Positions 45,113 through 58,252 of a stretch of 64,000 bases of DNA are shown one piece after another. Position numbers and translations under genes: made by a program. The DNA is from an uncultured bacterium (GTDB taxonomy: Bacteria > Electryoneota > RPQS01): positions 132,872 through 196,871 of the forward strand of contig CAVTJX010000018.1 in the NCBI GenBank assembly GCA_963735175.1, written 5' to 3'. The stretch's first letter is position 1; each line of letters opens with the position of its first letter. The notes under the pieces are model-generated. The model had not been told where the DNA came from. It saw nothing but the letters and a program-made list of their open reading frames with translations, and did not search any database.

Positions 45113-45618
45113 GGGGTCCCTCGGCGTCGGGCTTGCGGATCAGGGACACCGCGCCGATGACCGCCAGCAGCAGCAGCATCGACACCACCTCAAAGGCATA
45201 CAGGTATTTCGAAAACAGGATGCCGCTGATCGCCCGCACCTTCCCGAAGTCTTCGGGCAGCGGCGCAGCGTCCGGACGAATCGATGCCGTGGCCATCACT
45301 GTCATAAAGGAGATCAGCAGAATCAGGCTGGCCACGGCGATCCCCGCCACTTTCCAGGAAACCGGGATCTGTTCGTCGATCGGCTTCAGATTCAGAAGCA
45401 TGATCACAAACAAAATCAGCACCATCACCGCGCCGGCGTAGACGATAATCTGAATCGCCGCTACAAACGGCGCCGACAGCAACACATAAAACCCGGCCAG
45501 ACAGAAAAGTGTCACGACCAGGTACAGGGCGCTGGAGACCGGCGAAGGGGAGGTGATGGTCAGAAAGCGCCGCGAGGATGGCAGCCAGCCCAAACGCGGC
45601 GAACAATACGGTTTCCAT
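45102..45618 (-). CDS. nuoJ: NADH-quinone oxidoreductase subunit J, frame-disrupted near 45555
   Basis: The true N-terminus [18 protein letters not shown] is in ORF 45190..45618. The body [19 protein letters not shown]...[13 protein letters not shown] is in ORF 45102..45656. Confidence 0.8.
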
Positions 45619-45692
45619 AGACTATTTAAGACGATAATCCGCCCGTGTTCCCGCAAAACAATCGTCGAATATACCGAAAAAGGACTACAATG

Positions 45693-46169
45693 TCAATCAG
45701 TCCGGAATGGATCCGCCAATCGAGCCCGCATGCGATGCAGCTCGGCCAGAAATTCGTCCAGATTTTCGTAGCGCTTAAACACCGAAGCAAAGCGAACGTA
45801 CGCCACTTCGTCGATCGGCAGCAATTCTTCCATGGTCCACTGCCCGATTTGCTGCGTCGTCACTTCACGCGTGTCGGCATTCAAAATCCGACCTTCCACG
45901 GAAGATATAATCTGCTCGATCTGCTCGGCAGTAACGGGCCGCTTGTTGCAGGCAATGGACACGCCACGCAGCATCTTCTTGCGATCCAGCGGCTCGCGGG
46001 TACCGTTCGATTTCAACACGAGCACCACATGCTCCTCGGGGGCTTCATAGGTCGTAAAGCGATGTCCGCAGGCCGAGCAAGCGCGGCGCCGGCGGATGGC
46101 ATGGCCATCCCTTGCCGGTCGCGAATCAATCACCCGGTCTTCATCGGTTGCACAGAACGGACATCTCAT
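45693..46169 (-). CDS. nrdR: Transcriptional repressor NrdR
   Basis: 158 aa with an N-terminal zinc ribbon (CPFC...CSAC) and an ATP-cone domain. Confidence 0.85.
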   Translation of the reverse strand: MRCPFCATDEDRVIDSRPARDGHAIRRRRACSACGHRFTTYEAPEEHVVLVLKSNGTREPLDRKKMLRGVSIACNKRPVTAEQIEQIISSVEGRILNADTREVTTQQIGQWTMEELLPIDEVAYVRFASVFKRYENLDEFLAELHRMRARLADPFRTD

Positions 46170-46220
46170 GCCGACTCCCCGCTTCGCGTCAAACTTTACA
46201 TATCGCTGATCATGGTCAGA

Positions 46221-47535
46221 TCAAATGCCCCGCAATACCAAAGGTTTCGGGTACAGCGGGAAGTGGCTGACCAGCTCCGCCACCTCAGCCTTAACCGACT
46301 GCAATAGCGCTTCGTCATCCATCTGTTTCAATACACGGTCGATCAACCGGGCGATCTTCTTCATCTCGGCTTCCTTCATCCCCCGCGTCGTCACCGCCGG
46401 CGTCCCCACGCGCACGCCCGAGGTCGTCATCGGCTTCTGCGGATCAAACGGCACCATGTTCTTATTGACCGTGATCCCCGCCTTCTCCAGCGCCTTCTCC
46501 GCGGCTTTGCCGGTCAGGCCCTTGGGCGACAGGTCAATCAGAATCAAATGCGTGTCCGTGCCGCCCGATACCAGCGTGTAGCCCAAGGCAAGCAGTTCGT
46601 CGGCCAGCACCTTGGCGTTTGCTGACGATCTGCCGGGCATAATCTTCGAATTCCGGCTGTCAACGCCTCGCCAAAGGCCACGGCCTTAGCGGCGATGACA
46701 TGCATCAGCGGCCCGCCCTGCACGCCGGGAAAGACCCACGAATCCAGAGCCTCGGTGATCGTCTTCGGCTTGGGCATCCCCGCCAGCAGCAGCTCACCGC
46801 CCTTCTCGGCCGAGAGCAGCAGGCCGCCGCGCGGCCCACGCAGCGTCTTGTGCGTCGTCGTCGAGACCACGTGGCAATGCGGCACCACTTCCGGATGCTG
46901 CTTGCCCGCCACCAGCCCGGCGAAATGCGACATGTCGCAGACCAGATACGCGCCAATCTCGTTGGCCAGTTCACGGAACTTGGCCAGCTCCCAGCGCCGC
47001 GGATAGGCCGAGGAGCCGGTCATGATCAGCTTGGGCCGGACTTCGCGGGCGGTCTTCGCCAGCGCGTCAAAATCGATATAGCCCGTTTCCCGCTTCACGC
47101 CGTAGCTGACGACATTGTATGTCCGCCCCGTGAAATTCACGGGCGAGCCGTGCGTCAAATGGCCGCCGTGAGCAAGGTCCATCCCCATGAACGTGTCGCC
47201 CGGCTTGATCAGTGTGTAATAAAGCGCCATGTTGGCCTGTGCGCCGGAATGCGGCTGCACGTTCGCCCAATCGGCGTTGAACAGCCGGCAGGCGCGGTCG
47301 ATGGCAAGCCGTTCGGCGTCGTCCACGAATTCGCAGCCGCCGTAGTAACGATGACCGGGCAGCCCTTCGGCATACTTGTTGGTCATCACGTTACCCATCG
47401 CTTCAAGGACCGCGGTCGAGACGAAGTTCTCCGAAGCGATAAGTTCCAGCCCCGTATTCTGACGCACGCGTTCGTGTTCGATAGTCGCGAATACTTCGGG
47501 ATCCGAAGTCTGAAGTTGTTTATCCGAGATCATGT
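46221..47535 (-). CDS. glyA: Serine hydroxymethyltransferase, frame-disrupted near 46620
   Basis: PLP-site motif [16 protein letters not shown]. The C-terminal ~135 aa are in ORF 46221..46640. I placed the start at the internal MISDKQLQ... Met. Confidence 0.85.
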
Positions 47536-47721
47536 GTAGATCCTTCTGTTGCTTGTCCAGCCCGCCGCCCGTCTTATTTCGGAATACGCGGCTTAGAACG
47601 CTGGAACCAACTTTCCGTAATTTCAAGCTGGATGAAGGCGCGGAAGAATAGTTCCTTCGCCCCCAGCTTGGCCTCATCCCGGCCTCGCACTCCGCCTTCC
47701 CCCGCGAAATGCAGCCGCCCG

Positions 47722-48837
47722 TCACCGGCGGCTACGGGCAACGATATTCCCGCCGCCGCGCCGATATCTTCGACCGCTGCGCCCCGTCGCTCCGGCCAGT
47801 AGTGACGGCGGTAAAACACCCCCGCGCGCCACGACCAGAAGTTGAAAACCCGTGAACAGCGGCGCCCGACCGGCTTCGCGCTCAATTCCCAGCGACACAA
47901 ACAGCGGATTGATCGGCGCCGCCGAATGCAGCGAATCCGCGAGTAATATCCCCAAATCCTCGCGTTCCCACTGGCCGACCGCAATATCCGCGACGCTGCG
48001 CATGCGCTCCGCAAACCTGTAGCTGGCTCCCACCCGGAAATCGCCGGGGCTCTTGCCGCGCCGGTCACGCTTCAACGACGAATCCGCATCCAGCTTGGAA
48101 AAATCGTAAGTCCAGTTGCCAGTGACGCGCGGCTTCAGCATCAGGCCCACACCCACCCGCGGACTCACCTGATAGTATCCGCCGACTGCCGCCGACCAAC
48201 CGCGAAAAGTCTCCACTTGCCGATAGGCTGTATCATAGTAATACTGCCGCCCTACGCGCTGCGGGAGGTCGATTGTCTGCCGCCGTTCCACGCGCAGCAG
48301 CGTATACGCCGCCGAGACGCCCAGCGCCAACTTGTCCGTCACCCGCACACTGTTGTCGAGCCGCAGTTCAATCGCGCTGCCGCGCCAGCGATTGCGCTTT
48401 TCGAACGCGACGGTGTCCGCAGTTCCGGCAAAGACCGCTGTATCCGGCTCGAATGTCATGATATCCATCTGCCGCAACGGCTGCGCGCCAAAACCCAGCT
48501 TCCAGCGCGCCGTCATCGGCACATAGATCGCCACGTCCTGCCAGGTAAACTCGCCATCGGCATCGGTTCGGCCATGCGCCGTCGTATTCCAGAAACCGAT
48601 CTGCCCACCCACGCGAAACGTCGTACGGGGAACAAACGCAGACAGCGCGGGATTCATCGTGTTGAACGCAAGCGAGTCGGCCAGGCCGATGCCCCCACCG
48701 CCCAATCCCTGCGTGCGTGTGCCGCCACCGGGCAGTTGTTCGCCCACGCCATTCGCCGAAAAAACCGAGCCGGCCTGCACGGGAACGCACAACGCCAGCA
48801 CGGCTACGGCGATCAATAAGTAGATTCGGTAAACCAA
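47722..48837 (-). CDS. FadL/PorV-like outer-membrane beta-barrel protein (C-terminus uncertain)
   Basis: Signal peptide and the FadL-family N-terminal motif [25 protein letters not shown]. The C-terminus looks frame-shifted and may continue in ORF 47574..48068. Confidence 0.5.
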   Translation of the reverse strand: MVYRIYLLIAVAVLALCVPVQAGSVFSANGVGEQLPGGGTRTQGLGGGGIGLADSLAFNTMNPALSAFVPRTTFRVGGQIGFWNTTAHGRTDADGEFTWQDVAIYVPMTARWKLGFGAQPLRQMDIMTFEPDTAVFAGTADTVAFEKRNRWRGSAIELRLDNSVRVTDKLALGVSAAYTLLRVERRQTIDLPQRVGRQYYYDTAYRQVETFRGWSAAVGGYYQVSPRVGVGLMLKPRVTGNWTYDFSKLDADSSLKRDRRGKSPGDFRVGASYRFAERMRSVADIAVGQWEREDLGILLADSLHSAAPINPLFVSLGIEREAGRAPLFTGFQLLVVARGGVLPPSLLAGATGRSGRRYRRGGGNIVARSRR

Positions 48838-50069
48838 ATGTAGAGCTTCGGTCGCTTGTTTGTGTCTTCGGACTGCGGACTGTGGAATACCTCGCGCGCC
48901 AGGTAGGTCTGTTCTTCGGACGTCAGGATCTCAATCCCGCTGTTTGTGTCCGGCAGCGCTACCCAGCGGGCGGCAAAGCGCGTCACGTCAAAAATATACT
49001 CTGTCGTGGTCGAGTTCCACGCACCGAAATCAGTATACTCAAAACCCAGAATTTGCTTCGATGCCAGCGTATCCGGGTCGGCCTGCCAAACGTCACTCAA
49101 CAGTTCCCCGGTAAAGAATCCCACGGTTTGCGCCGGAAAGTGCATCACCAGCGGATTCAACGTGTCGGCAAACAGGTGCAGTTCGGCGCGCGCCACCGCG
49201 CGCGAATAGTCCTCTGTAACCCGCTGCATCGGGAAATAGAGCGCGGCCCGACCATCGAGACCCTGGCTGAGATACAGACGGGTTGAATCCAGGGTCGCCG
49301 TGTTGAGCGCTATGTAGGCGTCATGAGTAGCCGCGCGCGTAATTGTCGTATCATGCCCCGCCGTCTCGCCGCCGTTCCACGCTGTGCCCTTCACGACAAG
49401 TTTCGGAGGATATTCGGGGAAGCCTGTAACAATGTTCTCCGCGCTGCGGAATTGTACCACGACTCCCGAGTTTCGCGGTTCAAACAGCAACCCCCACGTC
49501 GCTGTATCTCCGGCAAGCCAGCGGTTCCACAACGTTTCCGGAACTTGATACGCAAAGCTGTCAGCGGTCGTCGGGATGAGCACGGAGTCGATAACCGGCC
49601 AGTTCTCGCGGTCCGCCATAGTCACGTTCGAGTCCGGCACAAACGACAGTTCCGACCACTTCTTGCGGATCTCACGTACGCGCACTTCCAACGGACCCGC
49701 GCCCCGATCCGGCCATACGCGGTCGAGGTTCAAGTGGAAACGGATATACATGCTGTCAGGCCGTACGCTATCGGGAAAGTCTGCCACGAGGTCAAAGCGG
49801 ATCGCGAAGAAGGCAAACAATCCCTGTGCTTGCCCGACTTCCAGAGACGTTCCGACTCCGTTCGTAAACAGTGGGTAAAAGGTTGTGCCCGCCGTCGCCG
49901 TTAGAGAGTCTATCACGAATGCCTCGGTGGGCTGGCCTGTGATGGCTCCCGTGCCGATGTCGGTCTCACGCTGGAGGCATCCGCCAAGCACGAACAACAC
50001 CAACAGAAAAAAGAGGATGGGAATCAGACTTCGAGGGCCGAGATAAGTATGCAAATGAAGAATTTCCAA
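48813..50069 (-). CDS. Hypothetical lipoprotein
   Basis: 418 aa with a lipobox (LFVLGGC). No family was recognised. Confidence 0.45.
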   Translation of the reverse strand: MEILHLHTYLGPRSLIPILFFLLVLFVLGGCLQRETDIGTGAITGQPTEAFVIDSLTATAGTTFYPLFTNGVGTSLEVGQAQGLFAFFAIRFDLVADFPDSVRPDSMYIRFHLNLDRVWPDRGAGPLEVRVREIRKKWSELSFVPDSNVTMADRENWPVIDSVLIPTTADSFAYQVPETLWNRWLAGDTATWGLLFEPRNSGVVVQFRSAENIVTGFPEYPPKLVVKGTAWNGGETAGHDTTITRAATHDAYIALNTATLDSTRLYLSQGLDGRAALYFPMQRVTEDYSRAVARAELHLFADTLNPLVMHFPAQTVGFFTGELLSDVWQADPDTLASKQILGFEYTDFGAWNSTTTEYIFDVTRFAARWVALPDTNSGIEILTSEEQTYLAREVFHSPQSEDTNKRPKLYIWFTESTY

Positions 50070-50363
50070 GATGTAACAGGGGTGAACGGAAGTAGAATAT
50101 ACGAAACCGTCACGTAATTGTCAACAAATTCAAGAACTTTCACCCAACGCGCACGCGTTGGATCGCGTCTTTCCCGAACCGGCGTTGAATGTCTGCGGCG
50201 GGGATTTGAACGGTAGAGCCCGTCAGCCCGCGCAGTGGCGATGTTGCCGGGCGCCAGCGCATTGGATCAAACATCACGTTCGAGGCCGCACGGCGTGGTG
50301 AAGATCCAGCCCGCACGTCTTCGTGCGGCGGCAATCATGGGCGCCAGCGCCCCGGGTCAAGCG

Positions 50364-51620
<1,257 letters not shown>

Positions 51621-51682
51621 GGGTCGGTCTTCTGAAGAGGAAGGATAAGAAATGACAGTTCGCGGCGCGTGGGAGACGATAG

Positions 51683-52528
51683 TCAGCGGACGGCCAGCCG
51701 CTGCGGTGGGATTTGGGCGGAGTGGATGGTAACTTGATGCGGGAACGCTTCCTCGGGAAAGAGGTCGTTGACCACTCGTTCCAGCGCGTCGTTGATATCG
51801 GTGGAGTAAATGGTCACAGTACCCGGCGCTCCCGAAGACTGCAGGTCATTGCGCTCGCGCAGCAGTTGCTCGAGATCTGTCGCCGTCACCGAAGGCGTGT
51901 TGACGATGCTCACGCCGGAACCGAGGATTTCCCGCAACACCTTTTGAAAATACTCGTAGTGTGTGCAGCCGAGGACGAGCGTGTCGATGCCCGCTTCCCG
52001 CGCTGGTTGCAGGTAGTGCTCCACCACCTTGCGCGGAATTTCGCCTTCGGTCCAACCTTCCTCGACCAGCGGCACGAGTAGCGGAGCGCCGTTCGAAACG
52101 ACAGTCACACCGGGCTTCAACCTGTCGAGCGCCATATCGTATGCTTTGCGCCGGACCGTAGCCTTGGTGGCGAGCACGCCGATACGGCCGCTGCGCGTGG
52201 CCGCCACGGCGGCGCGCGCCGTCGGTTCAATCACCCCAATCACCGGTACGGGGCTGCGGGCCGTAATGTCTTCGAGCGACACCGACGAGACCGTGTTGCA
52301 GGCCACCACCAGTACCTTGGGATCATGCGCCAGCAGAAAGTCAAAACACTCGGAGGCAAAGCGGGCAATGAGCGGGATACTGAGCGAGGCATAGGGGACG
52401 CGGGCACGGTCCGCCAGAAACAGCACATTCTCGGATGGCAGACGGCGATGAATTTCCGCGGCCACCGTCAGGCCGCCGAGTCCGGAATCGAAAATCGCGA
52501 TAGGACGCGAGACGCGTTCTGGGATCAC
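51683..52528 (-). CDS. murI: Glutamate racemase
   Basis: 281 aa with [13 protein letters not shown] and VVACNTVS motifs. Confidence 0.85.
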   Translation of the reverse strand: MIPERVSRPIAIFDSGLGGLTVAAEIHRRLPSENVLFLADRARVPYASLSIPLIARFASECFDFLLAHDPKVLVVACNTVSSVSLEDITARSPVPVIGVIEPTARAAVAATRSGRIGVLATKATVRRKAYDMALDRLKPGVTVVSNGAPLLVPLVEEGWTEGEIPRKVVEHYLQPAREAGIDTLVLGCTHYEYFQKVLREILGSGVSIVNTPSVTATDLEQLLRERNDLQSSGAPGTVTIYSTDINDALERVVNDLFPEEAFPHQVTIHSAQIPPQRLAVR

Positions 52529-52586
52529 GCGATACCTCGCTCAGTACGGTTGGCTTGTGCGTCAACGACAGCTACGGAAAAAAGTA

Positions 52587-53780
52587 TCATCGGGTAGAGG
52601 ATGTTTCCAGTCTTGTTTTCAACGACAAGATAGATGCCGCGAGGGCGTTGGCCAGCTTCTGACGGCCGCTCGCGGAACTGAGCAGGGCGACGTCCCGTGC
52701 GTGCGAAAGAAAGCCGCACTCCACCAGCAGGGCCGGCATGGACGCCCCCATGAGCACATAAAATCCGGCCTGGTCCACTCCCCGTGATTCAAGACCCGTG
52801 GCCAATGAGGCCGCACGCTCCGCCGCTGCGGCCCAAGCTTCGCTGTCGCGTAAATTCTGGCTTGTCGCCATCGACTGCAAAATGAAACTCGCCTCAGTCA
52901 GCGGCTGATAACCACTGGTATCGTCTTCCAGATCGACGACGCTGTTTTCCTTCAGCGCCGCTTCAATCGCCCGGGAAGTGCGCGCGGGGCTCAGGAAGTA
53001 AGTTTCGATACCACGCACCGATTTGTCGCGGTGACTGTTGCAGTGAATCGAGATGAAAACGTCGCCTTGCTTCTCGTTGGCCAGGCGCGTCCGCTGCTGC
53101 AACGATACGAAATTGTCCGCGTTGCGTGTCAGTTCAACGGTCAACCCACTGTCGCGCAACGCTTGGGCCAGCCGCCGCGCAATATCCAGCGTCACGTGCT
53201 TTTCCTGCACATTCGCGAGGCCAATCGCTCCCGGATCTTTGCCACCATGCCCGGGATCGACAATGACGGTCTTCAATGTCCAGTGAGCCTCTGTCCCGGC
53301 CGCCGGGATTGACGGTGGCAAAACCGGTATCGGCGCCGCTTCCAGAGACAGGACGCGGATCTCTGGCATGACAGAGTCGACTGTTACTGCGCCGGGGAAC
53401 AGATCCGGCAGTGCCGGGAGCGGCAGCCAGACTATACCGTTCCGTTCTTCCGGTACCCGGCGTAATTGTACGAATTTATCCCCGACCTTCACGAACGCAT
53501 TGCCCGCGCGCAGCGTGACTGTCGCGGGGATCGCGCTGATCGTCACCTCCGTCCCGCTGACCTTCACAGGCCATTGGACCGCTCGCGCCAGATCGACCGC
53601 GGAAATCAGGCGTTCATCACCGCTGTGCTCGATCTGCAAACTGTCCCGCGCCGCGCCGGAGCGGTCGGTGACCATAACCAGGTTCTGGCTCCGCCCCAGC
53701 GTAGCGATGATGAGTAGAATCAGTAAGCCGCTGCGCAAGGGATACATGAATCGGCGGTGTGTAAGAGAGGTGGAATTCAT
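52587..53780 (-). CDS. N-acetylmuramoyl-L-alanine amidase (Amidase_3) with an N-terminal AMIN-like domain
   Basis: IVDPGHGG and ISIHCNS motifs. I trimmed the start to the Met before the TM/signal segment (MNSTSLTHRRFMYPLRSGLLILLIIATLG). Confidence 0.8.
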   Translation of the reverse strand: MNSTSLTHRRFMYPLRSGLLILLIIATLGRSQNLVMVTDRSGAARDSLQIEHSGDERLISAVDLARAVQWPVKVSGTEVTISAIPATVTLRAGNAFVKVGDKFVQLRRVPEERNGIVWLPLPALPDLFPGAVTVDSVMPEIRVLSLEAAPIPVLPPSIPAAGTEAHWTLKTVIVDPGHGGKDPGAIGLANVQEKHVTLDIARRLAQALRDSGLTVELTRNADNFVSLQQRTRLANEKQGDVFISIHCNSHRDKSVRGIETYFLSPARTSRAIEAALKENSVVDLEDDTSGYQPLTEASFILQSMATSQNLRDSEAWAAAAERAASLATGLESRGVDQAGFYVLMGASMPALLVECGFLSHARDVALLSSASGRQKLANALAASILSLKTRLETSSTR

Positions 53781-54625
53781 TTCAGCCTGCCGCGAAGTCC
53801 AGCCAGAATCACGCGCGGTGGTTCCGTCAGCATGAAATCCGCCAGCGCCCACGTGCGAAGCAGGATGTTCGGTTGGTGCTTGCGTAAGAGCCGTTTCAAA
53901 CTCGCCCACTTGCGTACCAGTTTCCGCCGCGACAGATTGCCGCCCAATGAGGCCGAGACTTTATGCCACACCTTGGCCGCCGGAACATAAACCAGCGGAT
54001 AGCCCGCCTCCCGCGCCCGCAGCGAATAATCCACGTCTTCACTGTAAAGCTCAAAACTCTCGTCGAGCAGGCCGACGGTATCAAACACGGCCCGCGGCGC
54101 AAACATCGCGCAGCCTGTTACCCAATCGGTTTCCTCGAGGCGGTCGTACTGCCCACGGTCCACATCGCGGATCCCGCGATGGCCAATGCGCGCCCTTCTC
54201 AGCGACAGTTTGCCGCCCGCGTACCACAACAGGTCCGCCTGCCGCGCATAGTAAATTTTGGGACAGAACAATCCGGGGCCAATTTGCGCTTCCGCCGCCA
54301 GCAGCTCCGCCACCAGCCGCTGATCCACCAATGTGTCGTTATTCAACAGCAGCAGATGGGAACAGCCGTCTGCCAGTGCGCGCACGATCCCCACGTTGTT
54401 CCCCCCCGCCCACAACAGATTGCGTCGGTTGGCGAGGAGGGTAATCGCTGCGCCGTATTCCCGGTGCAAGGCCTCCACACTGCCGTCGGTGGACCCATTA
54501 TCCACTACGTAGAGATCAACCGGCGGCCCTTCCAGCGCGCGCAGACTCATCAGGCACGCGCGCGTGTCCTCCAGACCGTTCCAGTTCAAGACGATGATAC
54601 CCACGTGGGGAGTCGGGGAGATCAT
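53777..54625 (-). CDS. Family 2 glycosyltransferase
   Basis: 282 aa with IIVLNWNG, VVDNGSTDGS and a DxD-containing core. Confidence 0.8.
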   Translation of the reverse strand: MISPTPHVGIIVLNWNGLEDTRACLMSLRALEGPPVDLYVVDNGSTDGSVEALHREYGAAITLLANRRNLLWAGGNNVGIVRALADGCSHLLLLNNDTLVDQRLVAELLAAEAQIGPGLFCPKIYYARQADLLWYAGGKLSLRRARIGHRGIRDVDRGQYDRLEETDWVTGCAMFAPRAVFDTVGLLDESFELYSEDVDYSLRAREAGYPLVYVPAAKVWHKVSASLGGNLSRRKLVRKWASLKRLLRKHQPNILLRTWALADFMLTEPPRVILAGLRGRLK

Positions 54626-56490
54626 TCAGTATCGGCGGTAACTCAATTGGAGTCCGAATTCCAGGTTCTCATGCGTCGCGTCCGGCGTCGCGCTGTGGGT
54701 ATGCGCAAGCTTCAACGCCAGGGCCGCGTCATGCCAATCTCGTGCAAACATCAGCGTGGCTCGCCGCCCTGTTCCCGTGAGCGGCACCAGCGGATAGCCG
54801 CCGACGGCAGAACTTTCATACACCGCCGTCGCAACATCTTGATCCGGGAAATTGAAAAAGGTCAATCGGCCCCAGAGGCTGGCCGACAGCAGGCGGGCTC
54901 TCGCTTGCAGATAGAGCAGGGTTCCCAGTGAATGTGTATTCTTCCCCGTCGTCGTGGCGGAACGGATTTCGTAGCGAATCCGGTACATTTCCGCTTCGCC
55001 CCCGAAGAGATCCACCCGCGCCCGGTCGAGGACCACTCGCCGCGAGCCGTACCATGCGGCATATTCTTCGCGTTCGCGTCGCCCGGCCGACCAATCGAGT
55101 CGGACTGCGGACAGGAAATTCAGTCGCCAGAGCGCGTCCCATTCCGAGGCCGTGCGGCTGAGCGGCAAAGTCGCGGTGCGAAACGGCGTCCGGCTCGCGC
55201 TGGCCGAAATCCAAAGTGCATGCCCCGGCCAGTTTGCGTGAGTCCTTACCCCGGCAGCGTTCGCGTTATTCGCCGCTTCGCCGAAGCCGCCCCACGGCTT
55301 CGCGCGTGGCGAAAAGAAATCCGCGTCCGCATGAATGTGATAGAAGGATCAGCCCGAATTGTTCCTGTCGTACTTCCAGCGCCGCTTGCCGCGCAAAGCC
55401 TCCCGGCCGCGAAGCGGCCAGCTCGCCGGAGAATTGCGTCGCCCCTCGCCGTGTCTGCGCAAACACCGAACCTACATCAACGCGGTTTCCCGTGAGTAGA
55501 GGCAGCAGCGCATCCTCCGCTCCGCTCAAAGCAGGTGCGTAATGCGCCTCATAACCGGCAACTCCGCCGGACACTCCGTAAAGAATGCCTTGCGCGGTGA
55601 ATCCCAAGAGGCGTTCTTCCACCTGATCGCGCCGTGCCAGTTCGAGCTCGATGGACGAGCCCGACTGACCTTCCGTAAGCCGCTCGATGTCTGTGCCGTT
55701 CGCCGCGGCATTCAGTTGTGCGCTGCTTCCCAGAACGGCGAAAGTAATCGGTTGCCCTTCTGAGTTCCAGTGCTGCGCCGCGAAAGACGGAGAGCTGATT
55801 ACTAGATGGCCGCAGCGCCAGCCCTCGCGCCGCACCCGGGCCGTTCGCTTCTCGCGTCGAGAGCCAGTTGGCCATTCCATAGGCTGAAGCGAACACCAAC
55901 CCGGTCCCGCATTCCTCCTGAAACTCGCCGATCAATACTCGCGACGGTAAGTTCTTCGGCTGAAGCTCGAGACCCGCCGACACCTGCTCAGCAATTTCGG
56001 GCCGGTCGGCCGTACGCTTGACAAAGACGAATCCTCGCGGCCCTTGCGCCGGGCGGAAGTCTGCCCGTCCCCGCGTCCACCAGTCTCCGGCCCGCCGCCA
56101 TTTTTTAGAGTCCGCACCGGTCGAAAGGTATGCTGAGACGTCCGGCACCCGGCCGCGCCGCGCAATTTGCACAGTCGTGAAAGTGCGGAGCACATCTCGC
56201 TGTGTTGCCGTCAGACCGTAAAGTGTCAGAACTTGGGAAAGCGAGTGGAAGGAACCGTGGCGGGTGCGCGCGTCAAGAATTTGCCTGGCGATCTGTGCGT
56301 CGCAGAACGGCAGAGCGGCAACCTCCTGGACCGTAGCGCGATTCAGATCCAGAGGAGTTGTGCGTAATTCGTCCAGCCAAAGTGCCAATGCTTCCGGGTC
56401 CGGCGCCGCCTCGAGCCAATCCTCGAGCGTTTGTGCGTCTCCAGCCGTAAACAGCACCGCCAAAGTGACCAGGAGTGCCGCGAATCTCAT
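54626..56490 (-). CDS. Secreted protein with an N-terminal ComEA-like helix-hairpin-helix domain and a beta-rich C-terminal region, broken across three frames
   Basis: Signal peptide MRFAALLVTLAVLFTAGDA and an HhH repeat (DLNRATVQEVAALPFCDAQIARQILDARTRHGSF). ORFs 55549..56490, 55266..55880 and 54626..55168 overlap in different frames. Confidence 0.45.
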
Positions 56491-57350
56491 CGTCCCAGGC
56501 CGATTTCAAGACCAAGCTCATGCGATGGTCCCAAATCCGGGTGTAAATCCCCGGCATACGCGAATCGCCAGCGACCGATGTCCACTTGAAAACCCGCCGA
56601 AGGCCTCATCGGTTCCGCGCGCGCCCCGGCCCGCAGAATTAATTTGGGTAAAACTGCGGCTTCAGCCCCGAACCGGTACTCGGCCGGAAAGTGGAGTTCC
56701 TGCACGATATCGGCAGCCATCCATCCACCGGAAACCACCTCTGCCGCCACCCCCACCTTCAATGACTCTGCAATGCGGTCCTGATAGCCCGGAATTCTGG
56801 GCCGATTCAGATTCTCCCACACTGCGCCCAATTCCACATGGTCCGCTGGGCGGGCCACAAACCCTATCGAAAACGCTACCGTTTGCGAGGCAGAAAAGCC
56901 TTCAATATCCAACCAGCGCCCGTCTACCTCTAATCCGACATCCACTCTATGCCCCAAGCCTCGGGCGAGCGTCAGCCCCAATTGTCCTTCCCGGTACAGC
57001 GGTGTTCCAAAGTTGCCCCCGCGAATTGCCAGCGGCTGCCCATGAATTTGGATTTGAAAGACGAAGCCCTCGCGGGCCAACTCCGGCAATTCGAATTGCT
57101 GCGACCAGAACAATCCCCCGCCTGCCCGCGCCGTAGCCACAAGTGCCGGATTTCGCAGCGAACCCCAGCTATCTCCCGGTAATGCGGCGCCCGCACCTCC
57201 CATTCCGGCAGACCGTGGCCCCATCCCGCGCAGCTCAAAGGCTGCCCTCGCGGTCTGGGACGAAAGCCCGATCGCCACGGAGATGATTAACGCAAGTTGC
57301 CGTGCCCGCTTGACTTTCCGATGCGCAATCCGTATACTTGGACTATGCAC
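56487..57350 (-). CDS. FadL/PorV-like outer-membrane beta-barrel protein
   Basis: The motif GMGGAGAALPGDSWGSLRNPALVA follows a signal peptide KRARQLALIISVAIGLSSQTARA. A GTG start is inferred, and the exact start is uncertain. Confidence 0.5.
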   Translation of the reverse strand: MHSPSIRIAHRKVKRARQLALIISVAIGLSSQTARAAFELRGMGPRSAGMGGAGAALPGDSWGSLRNPALVATARAGGGLFWSQQFELPELAREGFVFQIQIHGQPLAIRGGNFGTPLYREGQLGLTLARGLGHRVDVGLEVDGRWLDIEGFSASQTVAFSIGFVARPADHVELGAVWENLNRPRIPGYQDRIAESLKVGVAAEVVSGGWMAADIVQELHFPAEYRFGAEAAVLPKLILRAGARAEPMRPSAGFQVDIGRWRFAYAGDLHPDLGPSHELGLEIGLGR

Positions 57351-58202
57351 CTTAATCAGATCAGTACCTTCCTGCTTGCAGGTTTCATCCTCGTCATCAG
57401 CCTGACCGGAATCTCTGCCCACGCGCAGTTGTTGATTCCGGAAGTAACCGTCGATGTCAGCAGCCTGCCAGATGAGGCCAAGGCCAAACTGGCTGGTCTC
57501 GATTCGCTCCTTACCCTCTTCCTCACCAATCAGGAATGGGCGAGGGACGACTACCAATACGACTACCCCGTACAGATGAATGTCTTCATCACCGAATACA
57601 GTGCTAACGTCCAGGAAGACAAATACAAAGCTCGTCTGATCGCGACCAATAAACAGGACGTTCGCTTAGAGGACACCCGCTGGGAATTCGGTCTGAAGCA
57701 GCCCATTGTCTTCCGCCCGAACGAATTTCATGCCTTCACGAGCGTGGTAAACTTCTGGGTGTGGGTGTTGATAGGGATGGAGTATGACAGGCTGGAGAAG
57801 CTGGGGGGGACGCCTTACTACGAGAAGGCCAAGCAGATCTATTTGCAGAGTTCCGCGTCGCCGTTTTTCTTCGGCTGGGATCGGCGGATTGACCAGTTGC
57901 GGGAAATCACCGATGATCAGAACAAAGCGACGCGTGAATTGAATTTCTTCTATTTTACAGGAATCTACTACGACGAAGAGCAGAACTTTTCATCGGCTAA
58001 GGACTACCTGTATTATGCACTGGTGAAACTGGACAAAATCCCCATTGACGAGCAGCGGCGATTCCTCGAAAATCACTCCCGGCAATTTGCGGAAGCTCTT
58101 GTTCGTGCGGGATATCCCAAAGGAGTCCGGGCATTGGCCCAGATTGATCCATCCCATAAGGATGTTTACGACGGTTTAGTGCCTGAAAATGGGAATAAGT
58201 GA
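57345..58202 (+). CDS. DUF4835-family secreted protein
   Basis: Signal peptide MHLNQISTFLLAGFILVISLTGISAHA. The body is visibly lower in GC than its neighbours. The start was trimmed from the tracked 57297 to the Met that precedes the signal peptide. Confidence 0.55.
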   Translation: MHLNQISTFLLAGFILVISLTGISAHAQLLIPEVTVDVSSLPDEAKAKLAGLDSLLTLFLTNQEWARDDYQYDYPVQMNVFITEYSANVQEDKYKARLIATNKQDVRLEDTRWEFGLKQPIVFRPNEFHAFTSVVNFWVWVLIGMEYDRLEKLGGTPYYEKAKQIYLQSSASPFFFGWDRRIDQLREITDDQNKATRELNFFYFTGIYYDEEQNFSSAKDYLYYALVKLDKIPIDEQRRFLENHSRQFAEALVRAGYPKGVRALAQIDPSHKDVYDGLVPENGNK

Positions 58203-58252
58203 AATATAGGCACATCCACCCTATTTGTCAAGCCACATCAGAATTTAGCGCA

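Noticed and set aside
50161-50230. tRNA-like T-arm resemblance (GGGATTTGAACGG) on the minus strand
   Set aside because: The flanking sequence cannot form acceptor, D or anticodon stems, so it is not a tRNA or a recognisable tRNA fragment.
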